Source of the DNA: a bacterium
GTDB taxonomy: Bacteria > Patescibacteriota > Minisyncoccia > Phycocordibacterales > JAGLPS01
Assembly (NCBI GenBank): GCA_030690305.1
Contig: JAUYHB010000027.1
Coordinates: 15,670 to 79,669, forward strand
DNA: 64,000 nt
Reading direction: 5' to 3'
The notes under the pieces are model-generated. The model was not told where the DNA came from. It saw only the letters and a program-made list of their open reading frames with translations, and made no database searches. Shown here in pieces: positions 30,133 to 40,691 of this stretch. Each line of letters starts with the position of its first letter. Within the stretch, counting starts at the first letter, position 1. Position numbers and translations under genes: made by a program.

Positions 30133-32061
30133 ATGTCAAAAATCATAGGAATCGATCTAGGCACAACATACTCCGCAGTCGCCGTAATGGAAGCCGGTAG
30201 TCCGAAAATCATCGAGAATGCCGAAGGTGCTCGAACGACCCCTTCGATTGTTGCCATGTCCAAGACGGGAGAAAGGCTGGTGGGACTTCTTGCCAAGCGG
30301 CAGGCGGTTACAAATCCCCACAATACGATTTTCGGAATTAAGCGCTTCATGGGGCATATTTTCGAAGAACCGGGAGTTCAGAAAGACAAAGCGGCTGTCG
30401 CATACGAAGTTATAAAGGGTGCAGACGGCGGTGCGCTTGTTAAAATGGGCGACAAACAATACCGTCCGGAAGAAATTTCCGCGATGATTTTGCAAAAACT
30501 GAAAAACGACGCCGAAGCCCGTCTCGGTGAAAAAATTACCGAGGCCATTATTACCGTTCCGGCCTATTTCAATGACAGCCAGCGTAAAGCGACAAAAGAC
30601 GCGGGACAAATCGCGGGGCTTGATGTAAAACGCATCATTAACGAACCGACGGCCGCCGCGCTTGCATATGGATTTGATAAAAAGAAAAATGAAAAGATTG
30701 TCGTCTTTGACTTTGGGGGCGGAACATTCGATATTTCCGTTCTTGAAGTCGGCGACGATGTCGTCGAAGTAAAAGCGACGGACGGAGACAGCCACCTCGG
30801 CGGGCGCGACATCGACCAAAAAATCGTCGGCTGGCTCGCTGACGAATTCAAAAAAGAATCGGGGATAGACCTTCGCAAGGACCCGCTTGCTTTACAGCGT
30901 CTCGATGAGGGTGCCGAAAAGGCGAAAATCGAACTTTCTTCCGCGGTTGAGACCGAAATCAATCTTCCGTTCATTTCTTCGGACGCTTCCGGACCCAAAC
31001 ACCTTGTCAAAAAAATGACCCGGGCAACGCTAGAAAGTCTTGCGGGAGAATTTTTAGACCGCGCCCTTACAATCACCAAACGGGCCATGGAATCTTCTCC
31101 GTTTAAAGTTGCCGATATAAATGAAATCGTTCTTGTTGGGGGACAGACCCGAATGCCGAAAATGATTGAAGCGGTGAAGCAGTTTTTCGGAAAAGAACCG
31201 AACCGCTCGATTAACCCGGACGAGGTTGTGGCTGCAGGAGCCGCCATTCAGGCCGGTATTTTACAGGGCAATGTCCGTGACGTCCTGCTTCTCGACGTTA
31301 TTCCTCTTTCTTTGGGGATAGAAACGATGGGTGGAGTTGCGACAAAAATCATAGAAAAAAACACCACCATTCCGGCATCCCGTTCGCAGGTGTTTTCAAC
31401 GGCCGCTGACAACCAAACCTCCGTTGAAATTCACATTGTTCAAGGTGAACGTGCTATGGCGTCGGACAACAAAAGCCTCGGGCGTTTTATCCTCGATGGT
31501 ATTCCTCCCGCGTCCCGCGGTGTTCCTCAAGTTGAGGTGGCATTTGATATCGATGCAAACGGCATTTTAAGCGTTAAAGCCAAAGATAAAAGTTCAAACA
31601 AAGAACAATCAATCAGAATCGAGGCAAGCTCCGGACTTTCAAAAGAAGAAATCGAACGGATGAAACGGGAGGCGGAAACAAGCGCTTCCGACGACGCGAA
31701 GAAAAAAGAAGTTGTTGAAGTGCGTAATCTTGCCGACCAGATGCTCTATACGGCGGAAAAATCTCTCAACGACTACAAAGACAAAATTTCCGAAGGACTT
31801 AAAAACTCCGTCACGGAAAAAATAAATACTCTCAAGAAGGAGAAGGACACGGATAATATTGAAAATATCAAGTCATCTACCTCCGCCCTTTCTTCGGAAT
31901 TGCAGAAAATCGGGGAGGAAATATCAAAACAGCAACAGACAAGTGGGCAACCTTCGGGCAGTTCCACAGAAAATAAAAATGACTCCGGAAACGTCCGCGA
32001 TGCCGACTTTGAAGAGAAAAAAGACGATAAGGACGGAAAAGAAGACAATACGGCAAAATAG
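30133..32061 (+). CDS. dnaK: chaperone DnaK
   Basis: [31 protein letters not shown]. Confidence 0.98.
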   Translation: MSKIIGIDLGTTYSAVAVMEAGSPKIIENAEGARTTPSIVAMSKTGERLVGLLAKRQAVTNPHNTIFGIKRFMGHIFEEPGVQKDKAAVAYEVIKGADGGALVKMGDKQYRPEEISAMILQKLKNDAEARLGEKITEAIITVPAYFNDSQRKATKDAGQIAGLDVKRIINEPTAAALAYGFDKKKNEKIVVFDFGGGTFDISVLEVGDDVVEVKATDGDSHLGGRDIDQKIVGWLADEFKKESGIDLRKDPLALQRLDEGAEKAKIELSSAVETEINLPFISSDASGPKHLVKKMTRATLESLAGEFLDRALTITKRAMESSPFKVADINEIVLVGGQTRMPKMIEAVKQFFGKEPNRSINPDEVVAAGAAIQAGILQGNVRDVLLLDVIPLSLGIETMGGVATKIIEKNTTIPASRSQVFSTAADNQTSVEIHIVQGERAMASDNKSLGRFILDGIPPASRGVPQVEVAFDIDANGILSVKAKDKSSNKEQSIRIEASSGLSKEEIERMKREAETSASDDAKKKEVVEVRNLADQMLYTAEKSLNDYKDKISEGLKNSVTEKINTLKKEKDTDNIENIKSSTSALSSELQKIGEEISKQQQTSGQPSGSSTENKNDSGNVRDADFEEKKDDKDGKEDNTAK

Positions 32062-32077
32062 GATAGTATAAGCTTAT

Positions 32078-33160
32078 ATGGCCAAAAATTACTACGAAAT
32101 TCTTGGTATTGAAAAAAGCGCAAGCAAAGACGATATAAAAAAAGCGTTCCGCAAGCTTGCCCACAAATATCACCCCGACAAAAAGGGCGGTGATGAAGCA
32201 AAATTCAAAGAAGCGAGCGAAGCGTACGGCGTTCTTTCCGACGATAAAAAGCGTGCCCAATATGACTCATATGGGAGGGTATTTAACGATGCGGGAGGAT
32301 TCAGCCAAGGCCAAGGACAGGGTTTTGAAGGCTTTGATTTCTCCGGTTTCGGTAACGCCGGTTTCAATTTTGAAGATGTAGACCTCGGGGACATTTTCGG
32401 AGACTTTTTTGGTGGTACCCGTGGCGGGCGCCCCAAACGCGGCCGCGATATTTCCATCGATCTCGAACTTTCCTTTGAGGAAAGTATTTTCGGCGTTGAG
32501 CGAAAAGTGCTTGTAAATAAAATTTCTTTCTGCGAAACGTGCAAAGGAAGCGGGGCCGAAGAGGGTTCCGAGTTGGTAACCTGCGCTCAATGTGGCGGCA
32601 AAGGAAAAGTAAAGAACGTTCGGCACTCGATTTTAGGTTCGTTTGCTACAGTCCAGGAATGTACCGACTGTCATGGCAAAGGAAAAACTCCGAAGAAAAA
32701 ATGCAATGTCTGCAAAGGCATGGGTATTTTGGACAGACGCGAAGAAATCCGCATCAAAATTCCGGCGGGAATTGAAGATGGTGAAGCAATCCGACTTTCC
32801 CAAAAAGGGGAAGCTGTTGCAGGTGGTATAGCCGGCGACTTGTATGTCCGTATCCGTACCAAAAAGCACCCGATTTTCAGGAAAGAGGGTCACAACCTCT
32901 CAATGACCCTCAATGTCCGCCTTACAGACGCCCTCTTGGGCGGTAAATACACCGTACGGACGCTTGATGGGGATATTATCGTCAAAATCCCCGAGGGGGT
33001 GGCATTTGGCGAGATTTTGCGCATCAAGGGCAAGGGAGTGCCTTACGAGGACGGTAAAACGCGCGGCGACATTCTCATAAAGATTGCCGTGGAACTTCCA
33101 AGAAAACTCTCCAAAAAATCAAAAGAAAACATCGAAAAACTCCGAGAAGAGGGGATTTAG
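32078..33160 (+). CDS. dnaJ: chaperone DnaJ
   Basis: HPD J-domain, G/F region, four CxxCxGxG repeats. Confidence 0.97.
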   Translation: MAKNYYEILGIEKSASKDDIKKAFRKLAHKYHPDKKGGDEAKFKEASEAYGVLSDDKKRAQYDSYGRVFNDAGGFSQGQGQGFEGFDFSGFGNAGFNFEDVDLGDIFGDFFGGTRGGRPKRGRDISIDLELSFEESIFGVERKVLVNKISFCETCKGSGAEEGSELVTCAQCGGKGKVKNVRHSILGSFATVQECTDCHGKGKTPKKKCNVCKGMGILDRREEIRIKIPAGIEDGEAIRLSQKGEAVAGGIAGDLYVRIRTKKHPIFRKEGHNLSMTLNVRLTDALLGGKYTVRTLDGDIIVKIPEGVAFGEILRIKGKGVPYEDGKTRGDILIKIAVELPRKLSKKSKENIEKLREEGI

Positions 33161-33311
33161 CCTCTATACAATTTGGCAAAAATCTGCTATAATTGTGGGT
33201 ATAGTGAAGTATAGGGAAATACAGAGTATTCAGAGTGGATTATTGATGATTCTTTCATTTATATTTTAAGTATTGTCTAAAACGCCTTTATGGGCGTTTT
33301 TTGTTTAATAC

Positions 33312-34082
33312 ATGGCAACAAGTTTAGCTACAAAACCAAAATTAAGGGCGGTACCGGAGATATTTGCCGTGGCTGATTTTCAGGAAGAACAGAAATTTCT
33401 TCCGGCGTACCGTTTATTCCCGACAATTTTTCAGGCGTTTCTCACTCCCGTTATGCGCCTGTTTTTTTACATATTCGGAAGAATTGAAATAAAAGGTCTT
33501 GAAAATCTTAAACATATTCCTCACGGTGTGATTCTCGCCTCAAACCACATTAGCGAACTCGACCCTATTATTATTCCGGCTGTGCTACCGCTGTCTTCCC
33601 GTTTACGGCCTCTTTTCTTCACCTCCAGGCAACGAAAAACATACGTCCATAATCCTCGTTTTAGCTGGCGTGGTTATTTTTACGGAGGCTTATTGTTTAA
33701 ACTTCTTGGTGGGTATCCGGTTATAATCGGTATTCACAATTATGAGCAATCTCTTGCCGCGCATATCAAACTTGTTGACGAGGGCCGCACTGTTGTTATT
33801 TTCCCTGAAGGAACACGAACGCGCGACGGTAATTTGCGGGAAGCCAAAGGGGGAGTGGCGTATCTTGCGTACAGAACCAATGCTCCAATCGTCCCGATTT
33901 CAATTGACGGGTTATATAACATAAACCTTTTTGAGCTTCTTACGTTCAAAAGAAAAATAAAAATTTCTTTCGGAAAACCTTTTTTTGTCATGGATATTTT
34001 ACCTTCGCGAGAAGTTGAAATTCACGACTTCCATATTGCCGCCCAGGAAGTGATGAAGAAGATTAAAGAATTAAAGGGCTAA
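33312..34082 (+). CDS. lysophospholipid acyltransferase (PlsC family)
   Basis: NHISELD and IFPEGTR motifs. Confidence 0.9.
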   Translation: MATSLATKPKLRAVPEIFAVADFQEEQKFLPAYRLFPTIFQAFLTPVMRLFFYIFGRIEIKGLENLKHIPHGVILASNHISELDPIIIPAVLPLSSRLRPLFFTSRQRKTYVHNPRFSWRGYFYGGLLFKLLGGYPVIIGIHNYEQSLAAHIKLVDEGRTVVIFPEGTRTRDGNLREAKGGVAYLAYRTNAPIVPISIDGLYNINLFELLTFKRKIKISFGKPFFVMDILPSREVEIHDFHIAAQEVMKKIKELKG

Positions 34083-34084
34083 AT

Positions 34085-34789
34085 ATGTTGGACACAAGAT
34101 TCTGGAAAAAATATTTCGAAGTATACGACCTACTCAATATCCTCGAGCCGTATCAGACACTGCTTCAAGATATCCGTGAACCCCTTGGCGAGATAGAAGG
34201 AATGAAAATTCTTGATGCGGGAGCTGGAACTGGTAACTTGGCGATTTTGCTTTCCCGAGAGGGTGCCGACGTTGTCGCTCTTGATTTTTCACAGGAAGGA
34301 CTTGGAAAATATCTTGAGAAATTTCCCTCGGGAAAAACTGTGCTTCATGACCTCACAGAACCGCTTCCGTTCGATTCCGAAACCTTTGACACTATTGTCT
34401 CGAATAATACGATTTACACTTTACCTAAAGAAACTCGTCCGTATGCATTTAAAGAGTTTTACCGAATTTTGAAACGAGGTGGAAAAATTGTCGTTTCAAA
34501 CGTGCATACTGGCTTTAAACCGATAAAAATTTATTTTGCCCACATTGGATGGAGTTTAAAAAACAAAGGTTTGGGGAAAACCATGGGGGAAGTGCTAAGT
34601 CTCTTAGTGCCGACAATGAAGATTTTTTACTATAATTCTCTTATCATAAAAGAGCATAAAGGTAATAATTTTGCTTTTATAGGCGAAAATGAGCAGAAAG
34701 AACTCCTCGAAAGCACGTTTTTCAAAGAAATTTCTCAAAACAAGTCCACGTATGCCAATCAGGCAATCCTTAATCACGCGATAAAATAA
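34085..34789 (+). CDS. class I SAM-dependent methyltransferase
   Basis: ILDAGAGTG motif I; LPF..ETFD. Confidence 0.88.
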   Translation: MLDTRFWKKYFEVYDLLNILEPYQTLLQDIREPLGEIEGMKILDAGAGTGNLAILLSREGADVVALDFSQEGLGKYLEKFPSGKTVLHDLTEPLPFDSETFDTIVSNNTIYTLPKETRPYAFKEFYRILKRGGKIVVSNVHTGFKPIKIYFAHIGWSLKNKGLGKTMGEVLSLLVPTMKIFYYNSLIIKEHKGNNFAFIGENEQKELLESTFFKEISQNKSTYANQAILNHAIK

Positions 34790-34843
34790 GCCATTCTAAA
34801 ATGGCTTGTTTTCTAATACAATTTACCTAATTCTCCAAGAGCT

Positions 34844-35596
34844 ATGAAGATTTACAAAAAACTTAAATTAGCAATAAAAGAAGGAGAAAAAGAAGTTATC
34901 TTTGGTGAAACTGAAACTGTAGATGAACTAAAACAAGTTTATGAATTCCGTTTTAAAGAATATTCGAGAAAAGGGTATATCATTCCCTCCCAGTTTCCCG
35001 ACAATCAAGAAAGTGACGAGTATGATAAATCTAGAAAATGTAAGTATTTTGTAGCAATTGTAGATAATAAAATTATTGGAACAGTTCGTCTTATCATTAC
35101 TGACCCTCTTCCTACGGAGAGTGTTTATCATTTTATCGAACCCGTTGAAATGCTAAAAATTCCTCGTGACAGAAGAGGGGAGCTGGGACGTCTGATTATT
35201 GTTCCCTTAGACCGTGAGAAGAAAATCTATCTTCCAAGAGGTCTCGTTCTACTTATGATGTTGGATATGTTGGCTGATTATGGTACACGAAATAATATTC
35301 AGGGAGGGTATGCATTTATTAAAAAAAGTCTTGAGCAAAAAATGAAATTACTCCGTTTTCCTTTTAATCCTATTAAAAAATTTGAATATATTGATTTAGC
35401 GACCAACACTATTCGTAATTATTTTCATCAACCTAATGACCCTGCCTTACCAATTTTTTATTTGACTGTGGATTTTAAAAAATATATTTCAAAAATTATT
35501 TATAATCCGTGGTTGTTCAAAAAAGAAAAAGATAACACCCTAATTCTTAGAAAAAACCTATATTCTTTTTTCCTCAAGGTTCTAGGGATAATTTAA
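34844..35596 (+). CDS. GNAT-fold N-acyl amino acid synthase (FeeM / acyl-homoserine-lactone synthase-like)
   Basis: VYEFRFKEY..KGY, ESDEYD, IIGTVRLI, LPTE, ELGRL. Confidence 0.7.
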   Translation: MKIYKKLKLAIKEGEKEVIFGETETVDELKQVYEFRFKEYSRKGYIIPSQFPDNQESDEYDKSRKCKYFVAIVDNKIIGTVRLIITDPLPTESVYHFIEPVEMLKIPRDRRGELGRLIIVPLDREKKIYLPRGLVLLMMLDMLADYGTRNNIQGGYAFIKKSLEQKMKLLRFPFNPIKKFEYIDLATNTIRNYFHQPNDPALPIFYLTVDFKKYISKIIYNPWLFKKEKDNTLILRKNLYSFFLKVLGII

Positions 35597-35623
35597 GTTA
35601 TAATGAAAGGAATAATAATTTAA

Positions 35624-37186
35624 ATGGAAAATTTGATTGTACCAATTTTATATATCGTGGTGGCAGTTAATGTTATTCTCGCTTTTGTTATTTTCTCTCG
35701 AGGTCTTAAGAATTTAAAAAATCTTCTTTTTGCACTGATTGCTCTTACGACAGCAATATGGAGCGTTGCTATTATAGGTTTTTTTTCACCAGAATATCGA
35801 AGTTTTTTTGAGTGGATACGTCTAACCCACATCTCCGCTCTTTTAATTGCATTTGTGTTTTTTCATTTTTCGTTAGTTTTTCCTCAAAAAGTCTACAGAA
35901 GTTCATTGATAGCTTATTTATTCAGCATACCCTGCTTGGTTGCTTTATACTTTTTGTTTTTTACAAATCTGATAGTGAGTAACAGTGGTACAGGTGTCGC
36001 ATACGGCATTGAGGGTGGTTATATATTTTATGGCTTACTTTTGACATTCTACTTTTTCTCTGGTTATTTTTTCTTAGACGTCCAGTATAAACGCGCAAAA
36101 ACCGAAGAACAAAAAGGTCAAGTGAAGTATGTTTTTATTGGTTCCTTACTTACTTCTGCACTAGCCATAGTACCTGATTTAATTTTCCCTTTTTTTAAAA
36201 TTTTTGATTATACATGGTTAGGCCCGATATTCACCTTATTTTTAGTCGTGTCAATCTTTATTGCCATGGTTAGATTCCAGCTTTTCAATATTAGAATCAT
36301 TTTAACTGAGCTTTTTACAGGAGTAATTATCATTGTAATGATGATAGATTTATTCCTTTCAAGCTCTACCTTCGACCTATTAGTAAAATCAGGGATATTG
36401 GTATTAATTACATTTTTTGGTTTCTTATTAATAAAAAGTGTTTATAGGGAGGTTGAACAGAGAGAACATATTGAAAAACTGGCGGGGGAGCTTGAGGAGG
36501 CCAACAGACGCCAGGAGAGCCTTCTGCACTTCATAGGGCATGAAATCAAGGGATACTTCACCAAGAGCCACTGGGCGCTTTCCTCAATGATTGACGGAGA
36601 CTACGGAGAAATTGCTCCTGATTTAAAGATGCTTACCACCCAGGCCCTAGACGACACCAGGCAGGGCATTGATATGGTTGATGGTATTTTAAAGGCTGGT
36701 AATTTTAAAAAAGGGACAGTGAGTTTCAACATGAAGCCTTTCGATTTCAAGGGCGAGCTTAACAATGTTATTGGGATGCTTAAGCCTAATATTGAGACGA
36801 AAAAACTGGCCCTCCAACTTAATATTGACGAAAACCAGGATTATACGCTAAATGGCGACGGAGAGCAGATAAGCAAGCACGTCCTAAGAAATCTTATTGA
36901 TAACGCGATTAAATACACGCCTTCCGGAACCATTACAATCAGCCTTTCAAAGAAAGACAGCAAAATTCTTTTCTCTGTTAAAGATTCTGGGGTAGGAATT
37001 AAAGAAGAAGATAGAAAATTGCTGTTTACCGAAGGTGGACGAGGCAAGGATTCGGTAAAAATAAACGTCCACAGCACCGGCTACGGCCTCTTTATCGCAA
37101 AACAAATTGTAGACGCCCACAAAGGGCGCATTTGGGCTGATTCTACCGGCCCCAATCAGGGCTCCACTTTCTCTATAGAGATTTAA
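35624..37186 (+). CDS. sensor histidine kinase with multi-TM (7TM-like) N-terminus
   Basis: many TM helices; H box GHEIK; NLIDNAIKY; DSGVG; GYGLFIAK. Confidence 0.92.
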   Translation: MENLIVPILYIVVAVNVILAFVIFSRGLKNLKNLLFALIALTTAIWSVAIIGFFSPEYRSFFEWIRLTHISALLIAFVFFHFSLVFPQKVYRSSLIAYLFSIPCLVALYFLFFTNLIVSNSGTGVAYGIEGGYIFYGLLLTFYFFSGYFFLDVQYKRAKTEEQKGQVKYVFIGSLLTSALAIVPDLIFPFFKIFDYTWLGPIFTLFLVVSIFIAMVRFQLFNIRIILTELFTGVIIIVMMIDLFLSSSTFDLLVKSGILVLITFFGFLLIKSVYREVEQREHIEKLAGELEEANRRQESLLHFIGHEIKGYFTKSHWALSSMIDGDYGEIAPDLKMLTTQALDDTRQGIDMVDGILKAGNFKKGTVSFNMKPFDFKGELNNVIGMLKPNIETKKLALQLNIDENQDYTLNGDGEQISKHVLRNLIDNAIKYTPSGTITISLSKKDSKILFSVKDSGVGIKEEDRKLLFTEGGRGKDSVKINVHSTGYGLFIAKQIVDAHKGRIWADSTGPNQGSTFSIEI

Positions 37187-37202
37187 CCTGAAGTGGTTTT
37201 TC

Positions 37203-37231
37203 TTGACAAAGCAAGAAAAAGATTATATTAT
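37203..37231 (+). promoter_or_regulatory. promoter of the rSAM-peptide operon
   Basis: TTGACA-17 nt-TATTAT; AAAGGAGG ahead of the start. Confidence 0.7.
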
Positions 37232-37294
37232 ATGAGGAAGTTGGTCTTTGACAAAAGACTTTTGAATCTCTAGACAGAAAGGAGGATAGATGAC

Positions 37295-38350
37295 ATGAGT
37301 TCATTCCAAGTGAAAATTGTTGGTGATTTCTGTAACATCCGTTGTACATATTGCAGAAACCGTGACTTTGATCAAGATACGAATGTTTTGATGTCTGTGG
37401 CCAATCTAGAAAAACTTTTTGTTTTTCTAGATTCGTTACCACAAGCACGAATTCGTGTGAATTGGCACGGGGGCGAGCCATTGCTGGCAGGAAAAAAGTT
37501 TTTCCATCATATCTTGAGACTGGAAAACCAATATAAGCAAAAAATATGGATGAATGCTGTTCAGACAAATGCCATGTTGATTGATGATGATTGGGCTAAA
37601 CTTTTCCATGATAACCACTTTGATATCGGAGTAAGTATTGATGGAAGTGAACAAACGCATAACAGTGACAGAATAAATGTTGCTGGACGTGGAACATATA
37701 AGGAAGCGATGCGTGGTGTGGAAGCTCTTCGTCATAATAGCATTCATCCCGGCGTTATCTGTACTGTTACTAAAAAGACTGTCAGATACGCAAAAGAGAT
37801 GCTTCTTGATCTAGTGGATGCTGGGTTTAAAAGCATTGCTTTCAATGCTTTCTATAACACAGCGTCAGATTGTGATGGTGATACGTACGGACTAACAGAC
37901 ACAGAATGGCTGGCGTTTCTCATAGAAATATTTGAAACGTGGCTCGTACTTAATGATCCCACAATTCGTGTTCGCGAGTTGGATAGCATGCTTGCATGGA
38001 CCAAATCAAAAAGTGCTAATTCTTGCGTGTATAAAGGTACCTGTTATCAGTGGTTCGCTATCCATTACACTGGCGACATTTATCCTTGTGAAAGGCTGGG
38101 TAAATCTACCCATTTTGGAAGTATTGACTCCCTGAGAACTTTTCAGGACTTAGTGAATACTCCTGTTTTCCTTAATTGGAAAGAGTCAATTGGCCAACTT
38201 CCTCAAAGGTGTCGCACTTGCAGTTTGCAGTCATTGTGTCATAATGGTTGCGTTAGCCATCGGAAAGCAGATGAAGAGGGGGTGCCTCTTTACAGGTATT
38301 GTGAAAGTAGGCTCGGTTTCTATGATTACATCAAGGAAAGACTTAAATGA
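37295..38350 (+). CDS. radical SAM/SPASM peptide maturase (anSME-like)
   Basis: CNIRCTYC, WHGGEPLL, QTN, SIDG; SPASM C-x5-C...YPC...CxxCx5Cx3C...C. Confidence 0.9.
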   Translation: MSSFQVKIVGDFCNIRCTYCRNRDFDQDTNVLMSVANLEKLFVFLDSLPQARIRVNWHGGEPLLAGKKFFHHILRLENQYKQKIWMNAVQTNAMLIDDDWAKLFHDNHFDIGVSIDGSEQTHNSDRINVAGRGTYKEAMRGVEALRHNSIHPGVICTVTKKTVRYAKEMLLDLVDAGFKSIAFNAFYNTASDCDGDTYGLTDTEWLAFLIEIFETWLVLNDPTIRVRELDSMLAWTKSKSANSCVYKGTCYQWFAIHYTGDIYPCERLGKSTHFGSIDSLRTFQDLVNTPVFLNWKESIGQLPQRCRTCSLQSLCHNGCVSHRKADEEGVPLYRYCESRLGFYDYIKERLK

Positions 38351-38365
38351 AAGGGGGTAAGGACC

Positions 38366-38551
38366 ATGTCACGTAAGAGTAGTTCTTTAGTTAATGAACG
38401 GCAGTCATCGCTATCTGGAAATCTCGCGCTTCAAGGTTCATTTAGCCGGATTGAGGATGGTAGTCGTTTTTCATCAAAAATACCGGAAGTCACGAATTAC
38501 GATGACTATCAGTATTCCGATTGCGACTACGATGACAGTGGAAAAAACTGA
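38366..38551 (+). CDS. putative RiPP precursor peptide with (YxD)3 core
   Basis: 61 aa, own AAGGA RBS, 15 nt after the rSAM gene; Ser-rich leader and C-terminal YDDYQYSDCDYDD. Confidence 0.75.
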   Translation: MSRKSSSLVNERQSSLSGNLALQGSFSRIEDGSRFSSKIPEVTNYDDYQYSDCDYDDSGKN

Positions 38552-38575
38552 CACGAAGTAAGTTTTTAGTTAGCC

Positions 38576-38609
38576 AAGAGCGGGTTTGCAAAAACCCGCT
38601 CTTTTTTTT
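38576..38609 (+). terminator. intrinsic terminator closing the rSAM-peptide operon
   Basis: aagagcgggttt-gcaa-aaacccgctctt plus T run. Confidence 0.85.
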
Positions 38610-38623
38610 AATATGAATACATT

Positions 38624-39409
38624 GTGAATAAAGATTTGTTAATGTCTTATGATCAGTACTCGAAAATTAAGCATGAAACTCCATATTTTTACATTGCCAA
38701 ATCAACAAAACAATCAATCTACTATTTTGGTTCCAGTCATTCCCATGATCCCAATCATCCGCAATTTGAATTATTAAAAGCGAAATGGAACGAATTTCTT
38801 GATGAAACTAAGGGACTGAAAACAGTAGTTCTTGTAGAAGCACATGAAATGCCAGAGCCAGAAGCTACACTGGAAAAAGAAATTATTAAACATGGTGAGT
38901 CAGGTGCGGGAGCCTATCTAGCGTATAAAAATAAGGCGCTGCTTATCTTTGGAGAACCTCAAAACGATAAAATAATTGTCCATCTGCTTCAATATTTTTC
39001 TAAAGAAGAGATTCTTTTTTGGTATGAATGCCAAGCTATAAAATTTTGGCAGCAACACAAAAAGGGAAGAAGCATACATGAATTTCTTTCAAATCATACT
39101 GAGAAATATCGTAAATTATTTAAATGGCCGGATTTGGTTATATCTTTAGAACTTGTTAATTCGATATATAAAAAATTATTTAATCAAGAGTTGAATATTG
39201 ATGACGAAGAATTATTCTCTCAAATTACCACTCCAATAACTGTTTTATCAAGAATTAATGAATTGTCCAGAAGCCAATCTATCTACAGAAATGAGCAGAT
39301 ATTGGTGCAAATAGAAAAATATTGGAAAGAGGGAAGTAATATTTTTGTTATCTATGGTGCTGGTCATGCGGTTATGCAGGAATCCGCCATCCGTAGTTTA
39401 GTTGGCTAG
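38624..39409 (+). CDS. hypothetical protein, possibly TraB/GumN/ChaN-like fold
   Basis: YFGSSH, VLVE, RNE, VIYGAGH motif order. Confidence 0.55.
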   Translation: MNKDLLMSYDQYSKIKHETPYFYIAKSTKQSIYYFGSSHSHDPNHPQFELLKAKWNEFLDETKGLKTVVLVEAHEMPEPEATLEKEIIKHGESGAGAYLAYKNKALLIFGEPQNDKIIVHLLQYFSKEEILFWYECQAIKFWQQHKKGRSIHEFLSNHTEKYRKLFKWPDLVISLELVNSIYKKLFNQELNIDDEELFSQITTPITVLSRINELSRSQSIYRNEQILVQIEKYWKEGSNIFVIYGAGHAVMQESAIRSLVG

Positions 39410-39432
39410 ACAATTCTTAAGGAATATATTTA

Positions 39433-39903
39433 ATGATACTACGACAAAGAGTAGCTGCGATTGTGGTTAAAGAAGATACGGTGCTTCTAATGCATCGTAT
39501 TAATGATGGAAAGGAATATTATTCTTTTCCTGGTGGTGGCAAGGAAGAAAATGAAAGTCTAGAAACAGGAGCGCTTCGAGAACTTTCTGAAGAAACGACA
39601 GTTGATGCAATAATTGACCGTTTGGTGTATAAGGTTATATGGGATAGCGGTGATGAGAACTACTTCTATCTTTGTAATTACATTTCAGGAGAACCAAAAC
39701 TAAGAGAGGATGCCGAAGAGCTAAAAGAGATGGCTGACGGAAAACAGGCGTATAAGCCGGAATGGGTTTATATTTCCGATTTACCCAACACCCTTTTATA
39801 TCAGTTAGAAATCAGAGATTTACTTATAAAAGACTTAAAAAATGGCTTTCTCGAACATCCTCAAGAACTCTTTATAAAAGTTGAAGAAAGACGTCGGATA
39901 TAA
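39433..39903 (+). CDS. NUDIX hydrolase
   Basis: PGGGKEENESLETGALRELSEET. Confidence 0.9.
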   Translation: MILRQRVAAIVVKEDTVLLMHRINDGKEYYSFPGGGKEENESLETGALRELSEETTVDAIIDRLVYKVIWDSGDENYFYLCNYISGEPKLREDAEELKEMADGKQAYKPEWVYISDLPNTLLYQLEIRDLLIKDLKNGFLEHPQELFIKVEERRRI

Positions 39904-39908
39904 ATTAA

Positions 39909-40664
39909 ATGAAAGAAAATACTTCATGGGGAAATGTTGCGGATTGGTATGATACGCACCTTGAACAGGGCGGGGATACGTATCAGCGCAAAGTAATATT
40001 GCCGAATTTGCTTCGGGTGCTTGATTTGAAAGCGGGGGAAAGCGTGCTTGATTTAGCCTGCGGGCAGGGATTTTTCTCCCGTGAATTCGCAAATGCCGGT
40101 GCCAAGGTCATTGGGACCGACATTTCAAAGGAACTTATTGGGTACGCACAAGAACATTCTCCCAAAGAAATTACTTTTCATGTTTCTCCCGCCGACAATC
40201 TTTCTTTCGCTAAAGATGCTGAATTTGATGTGGTTACGATTATTCTTGCAATTCAAAATATTGAAAATATTTCGGGAGTTTTTTCTGAAGTAAAACGTGT
40301 TCTTTCTCCGCAAGGCGGGCTAATCATGGTGCTCAACCACCCGGCATTTAGAATCCCGAAGCAATCGGAATGGGGATGGGACGAGGAAAAGCAAATTCAG
40401 TACCGCAGAATCGACCGCTATCTTTCTCCTCAAAAAATTTCCATTGAAATGCATCCGGGGGAAGAAAAAGGGGAGCAAACGATTTCTTACCACCGTTCCT
40501 TACAGGACTTTTTCAAAGCATTGTCCAAAAACGGTTTTGCAATATCCAAACTTGAAGAATGGATTTCCCACAGAGAAAGCCAGGAAGGCCCGCGTCAGAA
40601 AGCGGAAGACACCGCCCGCAAAGAAATCCCGCTATTTCTGATGCTTGAGGCTAAAAAGATGTAG
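39909..40664 (+). CDS. class I SAM-dependent methyltransferase
   Basis: VLDLACGQG; NHPAFR. Confidence 0.9.
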   Translation: MKENTSWGNVADWYDTHLEQGGDTYQRKVILPNLLRVLDLKAGESVLDLACGQGFFSREFANAGAKVIGTDISKELIGYAQEHSPKEITFHVSPADNLSFAKDAEFDVVTIILAIQNIENISGVFSEVKRVLSPQGGLIMVLNHPAFRIPKQSEWGWDEEKQIQYRRIDRYLSPQKISIEMHPGEEKGEQTISYHRSLQDFFKALSKNGFAISKLEEWISHRESQEGPRQKAEDTARKEIPLFLMLEAKKM

Positions 40665-40691
40665 TTGGTATTCTCAAACAAAAAATCTTGT

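Noticed and set aside
30157..31247. Long antisense ORFs opposite dnaK (and similar ones opposite leuS, alaS, aspS, gltX)
   Set aside because: Typical antisense shadows of conserved genes with no recognisable motifs.
38624..39409. Dedicated RiPP leader protease
   Set aside because: Lies beyond the operon terminator and the fold call is weak; kept only as a possibility.
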